From assembly GCA_038215615.1 (NCBI GenBank), contig JBBQQR010000020.1, forward strand, positions 1 to 43,825: a stretch of 43,825 nucleotides of DNA. Direction: 5' to 3'. The DNA is from Vulcanimicrobiales bacterium. GTDB taxonomy: Bacteria; Vulcanimicrobiota; Vulcanimicrobiia; Vulcanimicrobiales; Vulcanimicrobiaceae. Of this stretch, positions 1 to 13,400 are shown in pieces. Position 1 is the stretch's first letter. Each line of letters opens with the position of its first letter. The notes below the pieces were generated by a model. It saw nothing but the letters and a program-made list of their open reading frames with translations. It made no database searches and had not been told where the DNA came from. The translations under genes were made by a program, and so were the position numbers.

Positions 1-208
1 GATCGCGAATCTCGCGTTTCGCTTTGTCGACGTCGGCTTTCGCGTTTTCTTTCGTCTCATTTACTACGGAGCCGACCTTTTCGCCGGCCGTCATCTCGTC
101 GCCGAACACGGCACGCTTCGCGTGCTCCGCGTCGGCGCTTCCGCGGTGGAGGCCCTCCTTCGCCGCATCTCCGATGTCTTCGATGGTCCGTTTGATTTCG
201 TTTGCCAT
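1..208 (-). CDS. Small hydrophilic LEA/CsbD-like stress protein, 3' end truncated by the window edge (not in ORF track)
   Basis: Manual translation from ATG at 208: MANEIKRTIEDIGDAAKEGLHRGSADAEHAKRAVFGDEMTAGEKVGSVVNETKENAKADVDKAKREIRD...; frame open to the edge, rich in A/K/E/D, helical amphipathic pattern. The + ORF 24..215 is its antisense shadow. The function is inferred from composition. Confidence 0.75.
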   Translation of the reverse strand, partial: MANEIKRTIEDIGDAAKEGLHRGSADAEHAKRAVFGDEMTAGEKVGSVVNETKENAKADVDKAKREIRD

Positions 209-217
209 ATTTTAGGC

Positions 218-243
218 TACCCCAAGCCGCGAACACGCTAAAC
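218..243 (-). promoter_or_regulatory. sigmaB/SigF-type general-stress promoter GTTT-N17-GGGTA
   Basis: Minus strand reads GTTT(243-240) agcgtgttcgcggcttg GGGTA(222-218) gcctaaaat ATG(208); fits the GTTT-N15-17-GGGTA consensus. Confidence 0.6.
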
Positions 244-293
244 GTACCAGCCGAGCGCTAGGACCCGGCGGGACTGCCCCGAACGGGCACCTC

Positions 294-1307
294 TTGGTAC
301 GATCGTTCGCAGCCTTGCTCATGCTCGCACTGGCCGGTTCGGCAACGCGCGCCGTTGACGCGAATGCCGGCTGCACCCTCGGTGCCCAATCCGTGCGTTT
401 CGATCTGCCGAATACGTCGCGAAATTTCCGATCGGGCTGGCATCTGAAAGTTGCGATCGCCGGAGGGAAGCAGCGCTCCGTTCAAATCGACACAGGCTCG
501 ATAGGTTTCGTTGTGGGACGCAGCGCGGTCGGTCCGCGTGCGATTGGGCCGTTGGCAGCCGGGCAGCAAGAATACACGAGCGACGGATTGATCTTGCTAG
601 GGCATTACTACCGCGCGGCCGTGACCTTCGAGGCCGGCACGGGCCGTGCGTCTGCCGTTTCCGTCAGGCTCTTGGCTGTCGAACAGCTGGCCTGCGATCC
701 GAAATATCCCAAATGCTCGCTGCGTGGGCGTTCGCCGCAAAGCGTTGGCGTGCTCGGTGTTGGATTCGCGCGCAAAGAAAGTATCGGAAGCAATGCGTTC
801 TTGCAGCTCGGGGCAATGGCCGGCGGCAGAATGCATCCCGGATATATCATTGCAGAAAATGCGGTGACGCTCGGACTTACGGCGGAAAACACGCGGGGAT
901 TTCAATTTATTCAACTCGCCCACGGACCGCACGATTGGCTCGGTGCTCCGGCCTGTTTTGGATTTCCAGGAAAACTCGGTTACGAGCGCATGTGCGGAAC
1001 ACTGTTGGTAGATACCGGACTCGCGTCGATGATCGTTTCGCGTGCGCCCGTATTGCGGCCGGCCGATATACGAAGCGAGATACCAAACGGAACTGCGATC
1101 GACATTGCGTCGCCGGCTTTCGAGCGGCCTATCATGCACTATCGCTTTTCGGTGGGAGATCGCGGTGCGCTGAGTCCGACGTCGATCCGCTGGTCGAGTG
1201 CGACGGGAAACAGCGCCTTCGTGAATACGGGCCGGAACGTCATTCGGGCCTACGATTATCTCTACGACGCCAAGTGCGGCCGCGTCGGGTTTCGATCCGG
1301 GAGTTAG
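294..1307 (+). CDS. Secreted pepsin-like (bilobed) aspartic protease
   Basis: Signal peptide (MVRSFAALLMLALAGSATRA); two catalytic motifs VQIDTGS (~489) and LLVDTGL (~1011); GVLGVG and C-terminal NTG..YDYLYD...RVGF as in pepsin-fold proteins. Confidence 0.75.
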   Translation: MVRSFAALLMLALAGSATRAVDANAGCTLGAQSVRFDLPNTSRNFRSGWHLKVAIAGGKQRSVQIDTGSIGFVVGRSAVGPRAIGPLAAGQQEYTSDGLILLGHYYRAAVTFEAGTGRASAVSVRLLAVEQLACDPKYPKCSLRGRSPQSVGVLGVGFARKESIGSNAFLQLGAMAGGRMHPGYIIAENAVTLGLTAENTRGFQFIQLAHGPHDWLGAPACFGFPGKLGYERMCGTLLVDTGLASMIVSRAPVLRPADIRSEIPNGTAIDIASPAFERPIMHYRFSVGDRGALSPTSIRWSSATGNSAFVNTGRNVIRAYDYLYDAKCGRVGFRSGS

Positions 1308-1308
1308 C

Positions 1309-2898
1309 TTAGCGCGGCTGCTCGGCTTGGCGGCTTTGCAGGCGCCAGCGCCAGACGGCTTCGTCGCGAAACTCGGCGTCGGCCGAGTCGCGCTGCCAGG
1401 CTTGCGAAAACTCGGCGGAGAGACTGCGGGGGCGGCGCTCTTCGGGCAGATCGGAGAAGCGCAGGCGCATCGTCAAAGGCACGCCTTCACCCGAGACGAT
1501 AGCCTGTTGCGTGGGCAGGCCCGCCAGCGCGTTCAGCATACCGCGCGCGGCAAACGGAATAACTTTGGATACGATCTCCTGATCGAGCTCGTTCCCCATG
1601 CGCATCGCAAAGATCGTACCGCACTGCGAAAGGGCGTGCGCTGAGAGTTCCGACGGCCGCTGCGAAATGAGCGCGAGCGAGACGCCATATTTGCGTCCCT
1701 CTTTAGCGAGCCGCGTGATAGCGCGTGATGTAGCGGAGAAACCAACGCGCTCGTCTTCGGGAATGTAGCGGTGCGCTTCTTCGCAGACCAAGAGCACCGG
1801 CGGCATGCGATCGCGCTCCGACCAAACCGCGAAGTCGAACAGCACGCGGCACAACAATGAAACGACGACATCGACGATCTCCCCGGGCATGCCGGAGAGA
1901 TCCACGATCGTGAGGGGCTTGCCGTGGACGGGAATGCGGAGCAAACGCCCGACGACTTCCGAAAGCCGATCGGGCGCATCGAACGTGTCCGTGAACATGA
2001 ACTTAAAGCGCGGATCGTTGCGCAGCGATTCGAATCGCTGCTTGAGCCGAAGGTACGGCGCAGCGCTGTCGGGCTTATCCAGCTTGCCCATGCGCTGGCT
2101 CAATATGTTTAAGAGGTCCGCGGTTAAGTACGGAATCGGCGTGTCGACAGTGATCGAGAACGGGAGCTGTTGACCTTTGGCATACTCCATGCGCGCCGCG
2201 GTGATGACGTCTTTGAGAATCATCGCTTGCGATTCTTGCTCTTGCTGCGTGCCGCCGCGGATCAAAACCCGGCAGGCTTCCTCGAAATCAAAGAGCCAGA
2301 ACGGCAGCTGCAGATTGTCGGAGTTCACACTTTCGGCGATATCAGGAAACGCTTGCGGATATTCGTTATGCGGATCGAGGAGAATGACGTGCGCATTCGG
2401 ATGCTTGTCGAGCATGGCGGAAAGAATAAGCGTAAGCGCGCACGACTTCCCAGCGCCGGTTGCGCCCAGCAGCGCAAAGTGTTTTGCCAGAAGTTCGTTG
2501 ACCATCAGGAAAGCCGGCTGCGCCGAATCGTTATAGAGGGTGCCGACTTGAATGCTCGAGCGTGACTGCGGTATGTAAACCGTCTCCAAATCCGCATTGC
2601 TCGCGCAGATGACGGGAGTACCGGGAGACGGATGATTGGAGACGCCGCGCAAGAAGTGAGAGCCGCCGTACTCCGCGCGGAAAATCTCACCCAGCAGATC
2701 GACGACCAAGACGCGTCCGGTAGGAGACCCAGGCTCCAATCGAACGGCCGAAACTGTGCCTACGACTTCGCCCACCGGTCCGCTGATGCTGACCATGGCG
2801 CCCACGCGGACGGCGCTCAACTCAGTCGGGTCGGTGTCCAAGCTCGCCGTGATCTGCGAGCCGTCAACGGTCAGTACGCGCCCGAGTACCTCGTTCAT
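1309..2898 (-). CDS. HerA/FtsK-superfamily ATPase (DUF87-type) with N-terminal HAS-barrel-like region
   Basis: Walker A HFALLGATGAGKS, LLDPHNEY, Walker B LVCEEAHRY, AKEGRKYGVSLALISQRPSEL signature. Confidence 0.88.
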   Translation of the reverse strand: MNEVLGRVLTVDGSQITASLDTDPTELSAVRVGAMVSISGPVGEVVGTVSAVRLEPGSPTGRVLVVDLLGEIFRAEYGGSHFLRGVSNHPSPGTPVICASNADLETVYIPQSRSSIQVGTLYNDSAQPAFLMVNELLAKHFALLGATGAGKSCALTLILSAMLDKHPNAHVILLDPHNEYPQAFPDIAESVNSDNLQLPFWLFDFEEACRVLIRGGTQQEQESQAMILKDVITAARMEYAKGQQLPFSITVDTPIPYLTADLLNILSQRMGKLDKPDSAAPYLRLKQRFESLRNDPRFKFMFTDTFDAPDRLSEVVGRLLRIPVHGKPLTIVDLSGMPGEIVDVVVSLLCRVLFDFAVWSERDRMPPVLLVCEEAHRYIPEDERVGFSATSRAITRLAKEGRKYGVSLALISQRPSELSAHALSQCGTIFAMRMGNELDQEIVSKVIPFAARGMLNALAGLPTQQAIVSGEGVPLTMRLRFSDLPEERRPRSLSAEFSQAWQRDSADAEFRDEAVWRWRLQSRQAEQPR

Positions 2899-2957
2899 AC
2901 TTCACGTTTTCGGCTTGCTTGCAGGCATCGCCTCGAAACGCCCCGCAGAGCCCGGCT

Positions 2958-3509
2958 ATGAAGGTCGTGAAATTGGACCTTTGGATCGCACTTGCGGCGC
3001 TGATCGTAAGCGGTTTGACCGCATCGGCTGCGCTCTATCAAAGCAAAGTGTTCTCCGACCAGCTGAGCGCGACGGTTTGGCCGTACCTCTCGTTCGTCGA
3101 CGTCGCGGGGCCATCGTCGATGGATCTCAGCGTGGAAAATGACGGGGCCGGCCCGGCAATTATCGCCGGCGCCCAGGTTACCGTGGCCGGGAAAAACGAG
3201 CGCTCCGTGATCGGTGCAGTAACGGATCTCAACGTGCACCGAAAAACCGCCTCCCACTTTTCGGTTTCGGCGGGATCGATCGGCCCCGGTCAAGTGATCA
3301 GGCCCGGTGCGAGTGCCACGATCGTTAAGCTCGGGCGGCTCCCGCCCGATATCGTGGCTCAATTGCGCACGACCTATCCGAAGGTCGCGATAAGCGTCTA
3401 TTATTGTTCCCTCTTGAACCGGTGCTGGGTGGTAAGGCTACACGCAACTGAGCGCCCTCAAGAGGTCACGGGCCAAAACTACCCGCACACGACGATCCAG
3501 TCGGAGTAG
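2958..3509 (+). CDS. Hypothetical membrane-anchored protein
   Basis: ATG 2958 preferred over TTG 2919; N-terminal hydrophobic helix, then VWPYL, NDGAGPAII and YYCSLLNRCW segments. Confidence 0.7.
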   Translation: MKVVKLDLWIALAALIVSGLTASAALYQSKVFSDQLSATVWPYLSFVDVAGPSSMDLSVENDGAGPAIIAGAQVTVAGKNERSVIGAVTDLNVHRKTASHFSVSAGSIGPGQVIRPGASATIVKLGRLPPDIVAQLRTTYPKVAISVYYCSLLNRCWVVRLHATERPQEVTGQNYPHTTIQSE

Positions 3510-3513
3510 CGCT

Positions 3514-3542
3514 ATGACAAGTCGCAAGCGGTGCGGTACAAT
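3514..3542 (+). promoter_or_regulatory. sigma70-type promoter for the tRNA/tig region
   Basis: ATGACA (3514-3519), 17 nt spacer, TACAAT (3537-3542), 12 nt before tRNA-Leu. Confidence 0.65.
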
Positions 3543-3554
3543 ACTCCGCGGCAT

Positions 3555-3636
<82 letters not shown>

Positions 3637-3689
3637 AGACGCTGATCAGAGAGGCGCGCGAGGTGAGCGCTAAGAATAGGGCGGGTCGC

Positions 3690-3761
3690 GCGGAAGTAGC
3701 TCAGTGGTAGAGCATCGCCTTGCCAAGGCGAGGGTCGCGAGTTCGAATCTCGTCTTCCGCT
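3690..3761 (+). tRNA. tRNA-Gly (anticodon GCC), CCA not encoded
   Basis: Acceptor GCGGAAG/CTTCCGC plus discriminator T; anticodon arm TCGCC-TTGCCAA-GGCGA; T-loop TTCGAAT. Confidence 0.97.
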
Positions 3762-3771
3762 AATTGTATTT

Positions 3772-5076
3772 ATGACCGCAACAATCAACAAACTTTCTCC
3801 CACGCAAGTCGAACTGCTCATTGCGATCTCTCCAGAAGAGATGCGCGATGCAGAGGATCGCGCGTTCCGCCGTCTGGTGAAAAAAGCAAAACTGCCCGGC
3901 TTTCGTCCCGGCAAAGCTCCGCGCAAGATTTTCGAGCAAGCGTACGGCGCCGAAACGATCTCCCACGAAGCAATGGAAGACGTCGTGCCGGCTGTGTACG
4001 CAAAGGCGGTCCGCGAACACGATCTCGAACCGGTCGACCGTCCGCATATGGAGTTGCTGCCGGGTGAAGAAGGCGAGCCGCCGCGCGTGAAAGCGGTCGT
4101 CGAAGTGCGGCCTGCGATCGATCTTCAAGAATATCAGAAGTTAAAACTGACGCGTACGCTGCCGGTCGTGACCGGCGAAGAGGTTGAACGCAGCCTGCAG
4201 AGTTTGGCGCGCGAACGCGCGACGCTGGTGCCTGTCGAGCGAGCTGCAAAACTCGGCGACGTGGTAACGGTCGATTATGAAGGCAAAATCGACGGCACGC
4301 TGTTCGAGGGTGGGTCAGCGAAGGGACAAACGACCGAACTGAACGAGGGCCGCTTCATTCCAGGCTTTGCGACCGGGATCGCCGGCATGAACGCGGGCGA
4401 GACCAAAGACGTCGAGGCGGTCTTCCCGGAAAACTATCAGCAAGAAACGCTGGCGGGGAAAACGGCGGTCTTTACGGTTACACTGCACGAGATCAAGGAA
4501 CTCGAGCTGCCGCCGATCGACGACGAACTGGCCAAAGCGGTCTCCGATCACCAAACCCTGGAAGAACTGCGCGCGGATATCCGCAAACGCCTAGAAGCGG
4601 TCGCTCAAGCCCGCGCTCAACGCGAGCTGGGAGGCCAGGCCGTCGAACAGGTCGTGAAGGTGCACGATTTTCCGCTTCCCGAAATCTTGATCGAGCGCGA
4701 AATTGAAAACATGCTGGGTGATATCGCTTCGATGGCGGCGCGCATGGGAATGTCGCTCGACGATTATTTAAAGAGCGCCAAGAAAACCGAAGAACAGCTA
4801 CGCGGCGAGTATCGCCCCGAGGCGGAACGTCGCGTTAAGGCAACGCTGGTTCTTGAGGCGATCGGCAAGGCCGAGAATATTTCTGCGACGCCGGCTGATA
4901 TTCAGGAAGAGCTTAGATCCCTTGCCCGGCAGTACGGGCAACCCGTGGATAAGGTCCGTCAGGCCCTCGGAAACAACGTCCTTCCTTTAATGGAAGGCAT
5001 CGTTCGCACCAAGACGGTCGACTTTCTGGTCGAACACGCGCAGATAGAGGAAGCAACCTCGGCGCCTGCGTCGTAG
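3772..5076 (+). CDS. tig: Trigger factor
   Basis: Ribosome-binding signature [12 protein letters not shown] domain ([18 protein letters not shown]), 434 aa, tig-clpP-clpX synteny. Confidence 0.97.
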   Translation: MTATINKLSPTQVELLIAISPEEMRDAEDRAFRRLVKKAKLPGFRPGKAPRKIFEQAYGAETISHEAMEDVVPAVYAKAVREHDLEPVDRPHMELLPGEEGEPPRVKAVVEVRPAIDLQEYQKLKLTRTLPVVTGEEVERSLQSLARERATLVPVERAAKLGDVVTVDYEGKIDGTLFEGGSAKGQTTELNEGRFIPGFATGIAGMNAGETKDVEAVFPENYQQETLAGKTAVFTVTLHEIKELELPPIDDELAKAVSDHQTLEELRADIRKRLEAVAQARAQRELGGQAVEQVVKVHDFPLPEILIEREIENMLGDIASMAARMGMSLDDYLKSAKKTEEQLRGEYRPEAERRVKATLVLEAIGKAENISATPADIQEELRSLARQYGQPVDKVRQALGNNVLPLMEGIVRTKTVDFLVEHAQIEEATSAPAS

Positions 5077-5087
5077 TTGAGAGTCAT

Positions 5088-5702
5088 ATGATAATGGCTC
5101 ACCTGGTCCCCATGGTCGTCGAACAAAGCGCACGCGGCGAACGCGCCTTCGATATCTACTCGCGCCTGCTCAAAGACCGCATCGTTTTTGTCGGCGGGGC
5201 GGTCGACGATCATTTGGCGAATCTGGTGATCGCGCAGCTGCTTTTTCTTGAAAAAGAAGATCCCGACAAAGATATCGACATGTACATCAACAGCCCGGGC
5301 GGCAGCGTGACGGCCGGACTGGCGATCTACGACACCATGCGCTTCATTAAGCCCGACGTAGCAACGATCTGTTCCGGCATGGCGGCCTCGATGGGGTCCA
5401 TTTTGCTCACCGGCGGGGCGGCCGGAAAACGGATGTCGCTGCCCCATTCCAAGATTTTGATACACCAGCCGTGGGTCTCGCAGGTCGGAGGGCAAGCCAC
5501 CGATATCGAAATTCACGCCCGGGACCTCATCGCCACCCGCCGTATGCTGGCGGGAATCTACGAGGAGACCACCAAGAAAGATGTCGAGCAGATTCTCAAG
5601 GACATCGAGCGGGATTACTATATGACGCCGCTAGAGGCCAAGGAGTACGGTATCATCGATTCGATCATCCAGGATCGCTCGTCGCTGGCGACGCCGGCCT
5701 AA
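5088..5702 (+). CDS. clpP: ATP-dependent Clp protease proteolytic subunit
   Basis: [25 protein letters not shown] (catalytic Ser), IHQP (catalytic His). Confidence 0.98.
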   Translation: MIMAHLVPMVVEQSARGERAFDIYSRLLKDRIVFVGGAVDDHLANLVIAQLLFLEKEDPDKDIDMYINSPGGSVTAGLAIYDTMRFIKPDVATICSGMAASMGSILLTGGAAGKRMSLPHSKILIHQPWVSQVGGQATDIEIHARDLIATRRMLAGIYEETTKKDVEQILKDIERDYYMTPLEAKEYGIIDSIIQDRSSLATPA

Positions 5703-5711
5703 AGGGGAAGC

Positions 5712-6971
<1,260 letters not shown>

Positions 6972-7003
6972 GGCACAGCAACTCCGGCGACTAAAAGCGC
7001 CGA

Positions 7004-9627
<2,624 letters not shown>

Positions 9628-9631
<4 letters not shown>

Positions 9632-10191
9632 CGGCTTCCGCGCATCCGGTAGGTGCCGACCCTAAACGCCGCGTTCTCGTGGCCGCCGACGAGATCGAGC
9701 GCATAGTCGCGCGGCTCGCGCATCAAATCCTCGAGCCCGAAGGTCCGCAGGCGCGTCTGCACATCATCGGCATTCGCCGTGGTGGCGAGGCGCTGGCGCA
9801 GCGCATCGCTGCGCAGATCGAGCGCGTCTCCGGAAAACGTCCGCAGCTCGGCTTTCTGAACATCAATCTTTACCGTGACGATGACGTGTCGCACGAATTG
9901 CCTGAATCGCAAATTCCCGGCGACTTGAGCGGTAAGACCGTCGTGATCGTGGACGATGTGCTCTACACGGGAAGAACCGTCCGCTCGGCGCTGGATGCGG
10001 TGACCGATTTGGGCCGGCCTGCTGCCGTGCGCCTGTGCGTGCTCGTCGACCGCGGGTTGCGCGAGCTGCCGGTGCAGCCGGACTACGTTGGCCGGTTCGT
10101 GCCGACCAGCCGGAAAGAACGCGTCAACGTCAGCTTGCAGCGCGAGCCGTCGGCATCCGACGAGGTAACGATCATTGCGGACCCGTCGTAG
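9628..10191 (+). CDS. pyrR: PyrR (pyrimidine regulatory protein / uracil phosphoribosyltransferase)
   Basis: RLAHQILE, LYRDD, VIVDDVLYTGRTVR PRPP motif, DRG.RELP..PDYVG; ATGA overlap with valS. Confidence 0.93.
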
Positions 10192-11089
10192 CCTTATCGA
10201 TCTCGACGACCTGACGGCTTCGGAGATGATCTACATCTTCGAGCGCACTGCGGACTTCGAGCAAGCAGAACCGGGTGCGCTCTTAGAGGGCATCGCATGC
10301 GTGAATATGTTTTTTGAAACCAGCACGCGAACGATGACGTCGTTCGCGCTGGCCGAGCAGCGTTTGGGCGGCAACGTGATCACGCTCTGGCCCAAAGAGT
10401 CGAGCCTGCAAAAGGGCGAGACGATCGAAGATACGGCGATGACGCTGGCGGCCATGGGCGTCAATATCTTGGTGATCCGTCATCCCGACGATGGTTATCC
10501 GCGCCGCGTCGCCTTGGCGTTCGATGGACACGTCATCAACGCGGGCGACGGCACGCACGCCCACCCGACGCAAGGCCTTCTCGACATCTACACGATCCGT
10601 CAAGAGTTCGGCGACTTGCGCGGACGGAGGATTGCGATTGTCGGTGACATCCTGCACAGCCGCGTCGCTCACTCCAACATCGCGGGCCTGCGAGCTTTCG
10701 GCGTCGAGGTGATCCTCGTCGGCCCTCCCGGTTTTCTTCCCGATGATTACATGGCGCCCCACGTCAAAGTCGTGCGCGATCTCGATTCGATCTTGCCCGA
10801 GGTTGACGCCGTCATGCTGCTGCGCATCCAGCGCGAGCGTTTTGCAGACATGCCGCTCTCCGACCAAGAGTATATTGCAGGCTATCGCTTGGATTCCAAA
10901 AGGCTCAAACGGATGCGCGAGGACGCGATCGTAATGCATCCTGGTCCGTACCATCGCGGGATGGAGCTCGACGACAGCGTGCTTGAATTTGCCGGCTGGC
11001 GTTATGCCAAACAGGTGATGCATGGCGTTCCGGTGCGCATGGCACTCCTGGATTTCCTGGTTAACGGCGCACGGGCGCTGGTGGCCTGA
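10175..11089 (+). CDS. pyrB: Aspartate carbamoyltransferase catalytic subunit
   Basis: FFETSTRT, KGETIEDT, INAGDG..HPTQ, GDILHSRV, LRIQRER, MHPGP. Confidence 0.96.
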   Translation: MRTRRSLIDLDDLTASEMIYIFERTADFEQAEPGALLEGIACVNMFFETSTRTMTSFALAEQRLGGNVITLWPKESSLQKGETIEDTAMTLAAMGVNILVIRHPDDGYPRRVALAFDGHVINAGDGTHAHPTQGLLDIYTIRQEFGDLRGRRIAIVGDILHSRVAHSNIAGLRAFGVEVILVGPPGFLPDDYMAPHVKVVRDLDSILPEVDAVMLLRIQRERFADMPLSDQEYIAGYRLDSKRLKRMREDAIVMHPGPYHRGMELDDSVLEFAGWRYAKQVMHGVPVRMALLDFLVNGARALVA

Positions 11090-11090
11090 C

Positions 11091-12311
11091 ATTCTCATCG
11101 CCGGGGGTCGGGTCGTCGATCCGGTTGCGCGGATCGATGCGGTGCTGGACGTGCGCGTACACAACGGCATTGTCACCGAAATCGGCGAGCTGTTAAAGCC
11201 GGAAGAAGGCGAGGATGTCATCGACGCCCGCAACGCGTACGTTGCGCCGGGCTTCATTGACATGCACGTGCATTTGCGCGAGCCGGGCAATCCCGAAAAA
11301 GAGACGATCGCCAGCGGATGCGCCGCCGCCGTAGCCGGCGGGTTTACGGCGTTGGCCGCCATGCCCAATACGCATCCGGCACTCGATACGCCCGAACTCG
11401 TGCGGTGGGTCAGCGAGACTGCGGGAAGCATCGGCCTGGCGCGCGTCTACCCGATCGCCGCAATAACGCACGGCCGCGAAGGAAAGGAACCGGCCGATTA
11501 CAACGCGCTCAACGCTGCCGGTGCAGTCGCTTTCAGCGATGACGGCAACACGATCGAAAGCGCCATCGCGCAAACCAGCGCGGCATTGCGCGCGCGGGAG
11601 TCCGGACGGGTTTTTATTACGCACTGTGAAGATGCGGCAGTCAAAGAGCGCGATGAATTCGATCCGGCCGCCGAAACGACGGCGGTCGAACGCGACGTCG
11701 CCATCGCGCGCGCGACATCGCTCCCATGGCATATCGCGCACGTCTCCACGCGGGGCGCGATCGAATCTATCGCCGCAGCCAAAGAACTGCGCATCGCGTG
11801 CACGGCCGAGGTGACGCCCCACCATCTGGTGTTTTCACGCGAAGACGCAGCCGGTTTGGAGATTCCATCAAAGGTTCACCCACCGCTTCGGTCGTCGCAG
11901 GACGTCGATGCGTTACGGCGCGCCGTTGTCAGCGGGACCATCGATGCGTTCGCAAGCGATCACGCGCCGCATACCGACGACGTCTCACCCGGCTTTAGCG
12001 GCTTAGAGATTGCGGCCGGCGCCTACGCTTACGCGCTCCCGGATTTGCCGGTGCGCCGCTACGTCGCAATGCTCTCCTCAACCCCCGCGCGCATCCTCGG
12101 TATTCCGGGCGGAACGCTCGCGGTAGGCTCGCCGGCCGACGTGACGATATTTGCCGACCGCGACTGGATCGTCGATCCGGCCGCATTTCATTCGAAGGGC
12201 AAGCGCACGCTCTTTGCCGGCAAGACGCTTCCGCGCCGCGCAATCGGGACGATTGTCGGCGGTGCGGTTGTGATGCAAGACGGCCGCGTCTTCGCGCGGA
12301 GCGCCCCGTGA
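11091..12311 (+). CDS. pyrC: Dihydroorotase (type I); start uncertain (ATT 11091 or ATG 11022)
   Basis: DMHVHLREPG, GGFT..AMPNT, FSDDG, HCED, HIAHVST, ASDHAPH; family-like sequence begins at ILIAGGRVVDP. Confidence 0.92.
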   Translation: MLIAGGRVVDPVARIDAVLDVRVHNGIVTEIGELLKPEEGEDVIDARNAYVAPGFIDMHVHLREPGNPEKETIASGCAAAVAGGFTALAAMPNTHPALDTPELVRWVSETAGSIGLARVYPIAAITHGREGKEPADYNALNAAGAVAFSDDGNTIESAIAQTSAALRARESGRVFITHCEDAAVKERDEFDPAAETTAVERDVAIARATSLPWHIAHVSTRGAIESIAAAKELRIACTAEVTPHHLVFSREDAAGLEIPSKVHPPLRSSQDVDALRRAVVSGTIDAFASDHAPHTDDVSPGFSGLEIAAGAYAYALPDLPVRRYVAMLSSTPARILGIPGGTLAVGSPADVTIFADRDWIVDPAAFHSKGKRTLFAGKTLPRRAIGTIVGGAVVMQDGRVFARSAP

Positions 12312-13390
12312 ATCGCGCCGCACTCTTCTTAGCGGACGGCACGCGCTTCGACGGCTCGGGGTTGGGATACGAAGGGCTAGCGTTCGGCGAGGCGGTGTTT
12401 TACACGGGCATGACGGGCTATGAAGAAGCGCTGACGGATCCGTCCTACGCCGGGCAGATATTGACGTTCACGTTCCCTATGATCGGCAACTACGGTATCT
12501 CCGGCGCCGCCGCGCAGTATTCCCGCGCATGCGTAGCGGGTGCCGTCATGAAGCGCATAGCGCGACATCCATCGCACCACGCTTCGAAGATCGATTTGCC
12601 GGCGTGGCTGGACGAACAGCGGATTCCCACGCTGGTCGATGCCGATACGCGCGCGATTACTATCACTCTGCGCGAACACGGCACGATTTGGGCTGCCCTC
12701 GCGGTCGGCGAACCGTCGCTGGAGCGAGCGGAGAAGCAGCTGGCGCAGTTCGTGCGCGGCGCAAATACCAAAGAGCTCGTGCCGAGCGTTGCTACGCGCG
12801 AGGAACGCATCGAAGGTGTGGTGGGTGGTCCGCGCGTGGTGCTGATCGACTGCGGCGTCAAGCGCGCTATCGTCCGGGAGCTCGGATCTCTCGGCGCTTC
12901 CATCACCGTCGTTCCTTATAATGCGACGCAAGAGCAGATACTGGGGCACGACCCGCAAGCGATTTTCATCTCGCCGGGGCCTGGCGATCCGACCGACTTG
13001 CCGGAGACGATCGAAACGCTGCGCGCACTGCTGGGAAAGCGCCCCATGTACGGGATCTGCCTGGGCCACCAACTCCTGGCCCTTGCTTGTGGGGCCAAGA
13101 CCTTCAAATTGCCGTACGGGCATCGCGGCGGCAATCAGCCGGTAAAGAATCTGCAACGTGGAGACGTTATCGTTACCGCGCACAATCATGGATACGCCGT
13201 CGACGCCGAGTCGCTCCCCAGCGCGCTCGAACAAACCATGGTCAATCTCAACGACGGCACCAACGAAGGCTTCCGGCACCGCGACTTCGTCGTGGAAGCC
13301 GTTCAATTTCACCCCGAAGCCTCTCCGGGGCCGTTCGACGCGCGAGGTCTTTTCGCGCATTGGCTCCAGGATCTGGTGCGACGCCCATAA
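12308..13390 (+). CDS. carA: Carbamoyl-phosphate synthase small subunit
   Basis: GEAVFYTGMTGYEE.LTDPSY, SPGPGDP, GICLGHQ (catalytic Cys), QFHPEASPGP. Confidence 0.97.
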   Translation: MNRAALFLADGTRFDGSGLGYEGLAFGEAVFYTGMTGYEEALTDPSYAGQILTFTFPMIGNYGISGAAAQYSRACVAGAVMKRIARHPSHHASKIDLPAWLDEQRIPTLVDADTRAITITLREHGTIWAALAVGEPSLERAEKQLAQFVRGANTKELVPSVATREERIEGVVGGPRVVLIDCGVKRAIVRELGSLGASITVVPYNATQEQILGHDPQAIFISPGPGDPTDLPETIETLRALLGKRPMYGICLGHQLLALACGAKTFKLPYGHRGGNQPVKNLQRGDVIVTAHNHGYAVDAESLPSALEQTMVNLNDGTNEGFRHRDFVVEAVQFHPEASPGPFDARGLFAHWLQDLVRRP

Positions 13391-13400
13391 TCTAAGCGTC

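Noticed and set aside
6972..7003. T-box riboswitch upstream of valS
   Set aside because: Only 32 nt of intergenic space and no T-box motif.
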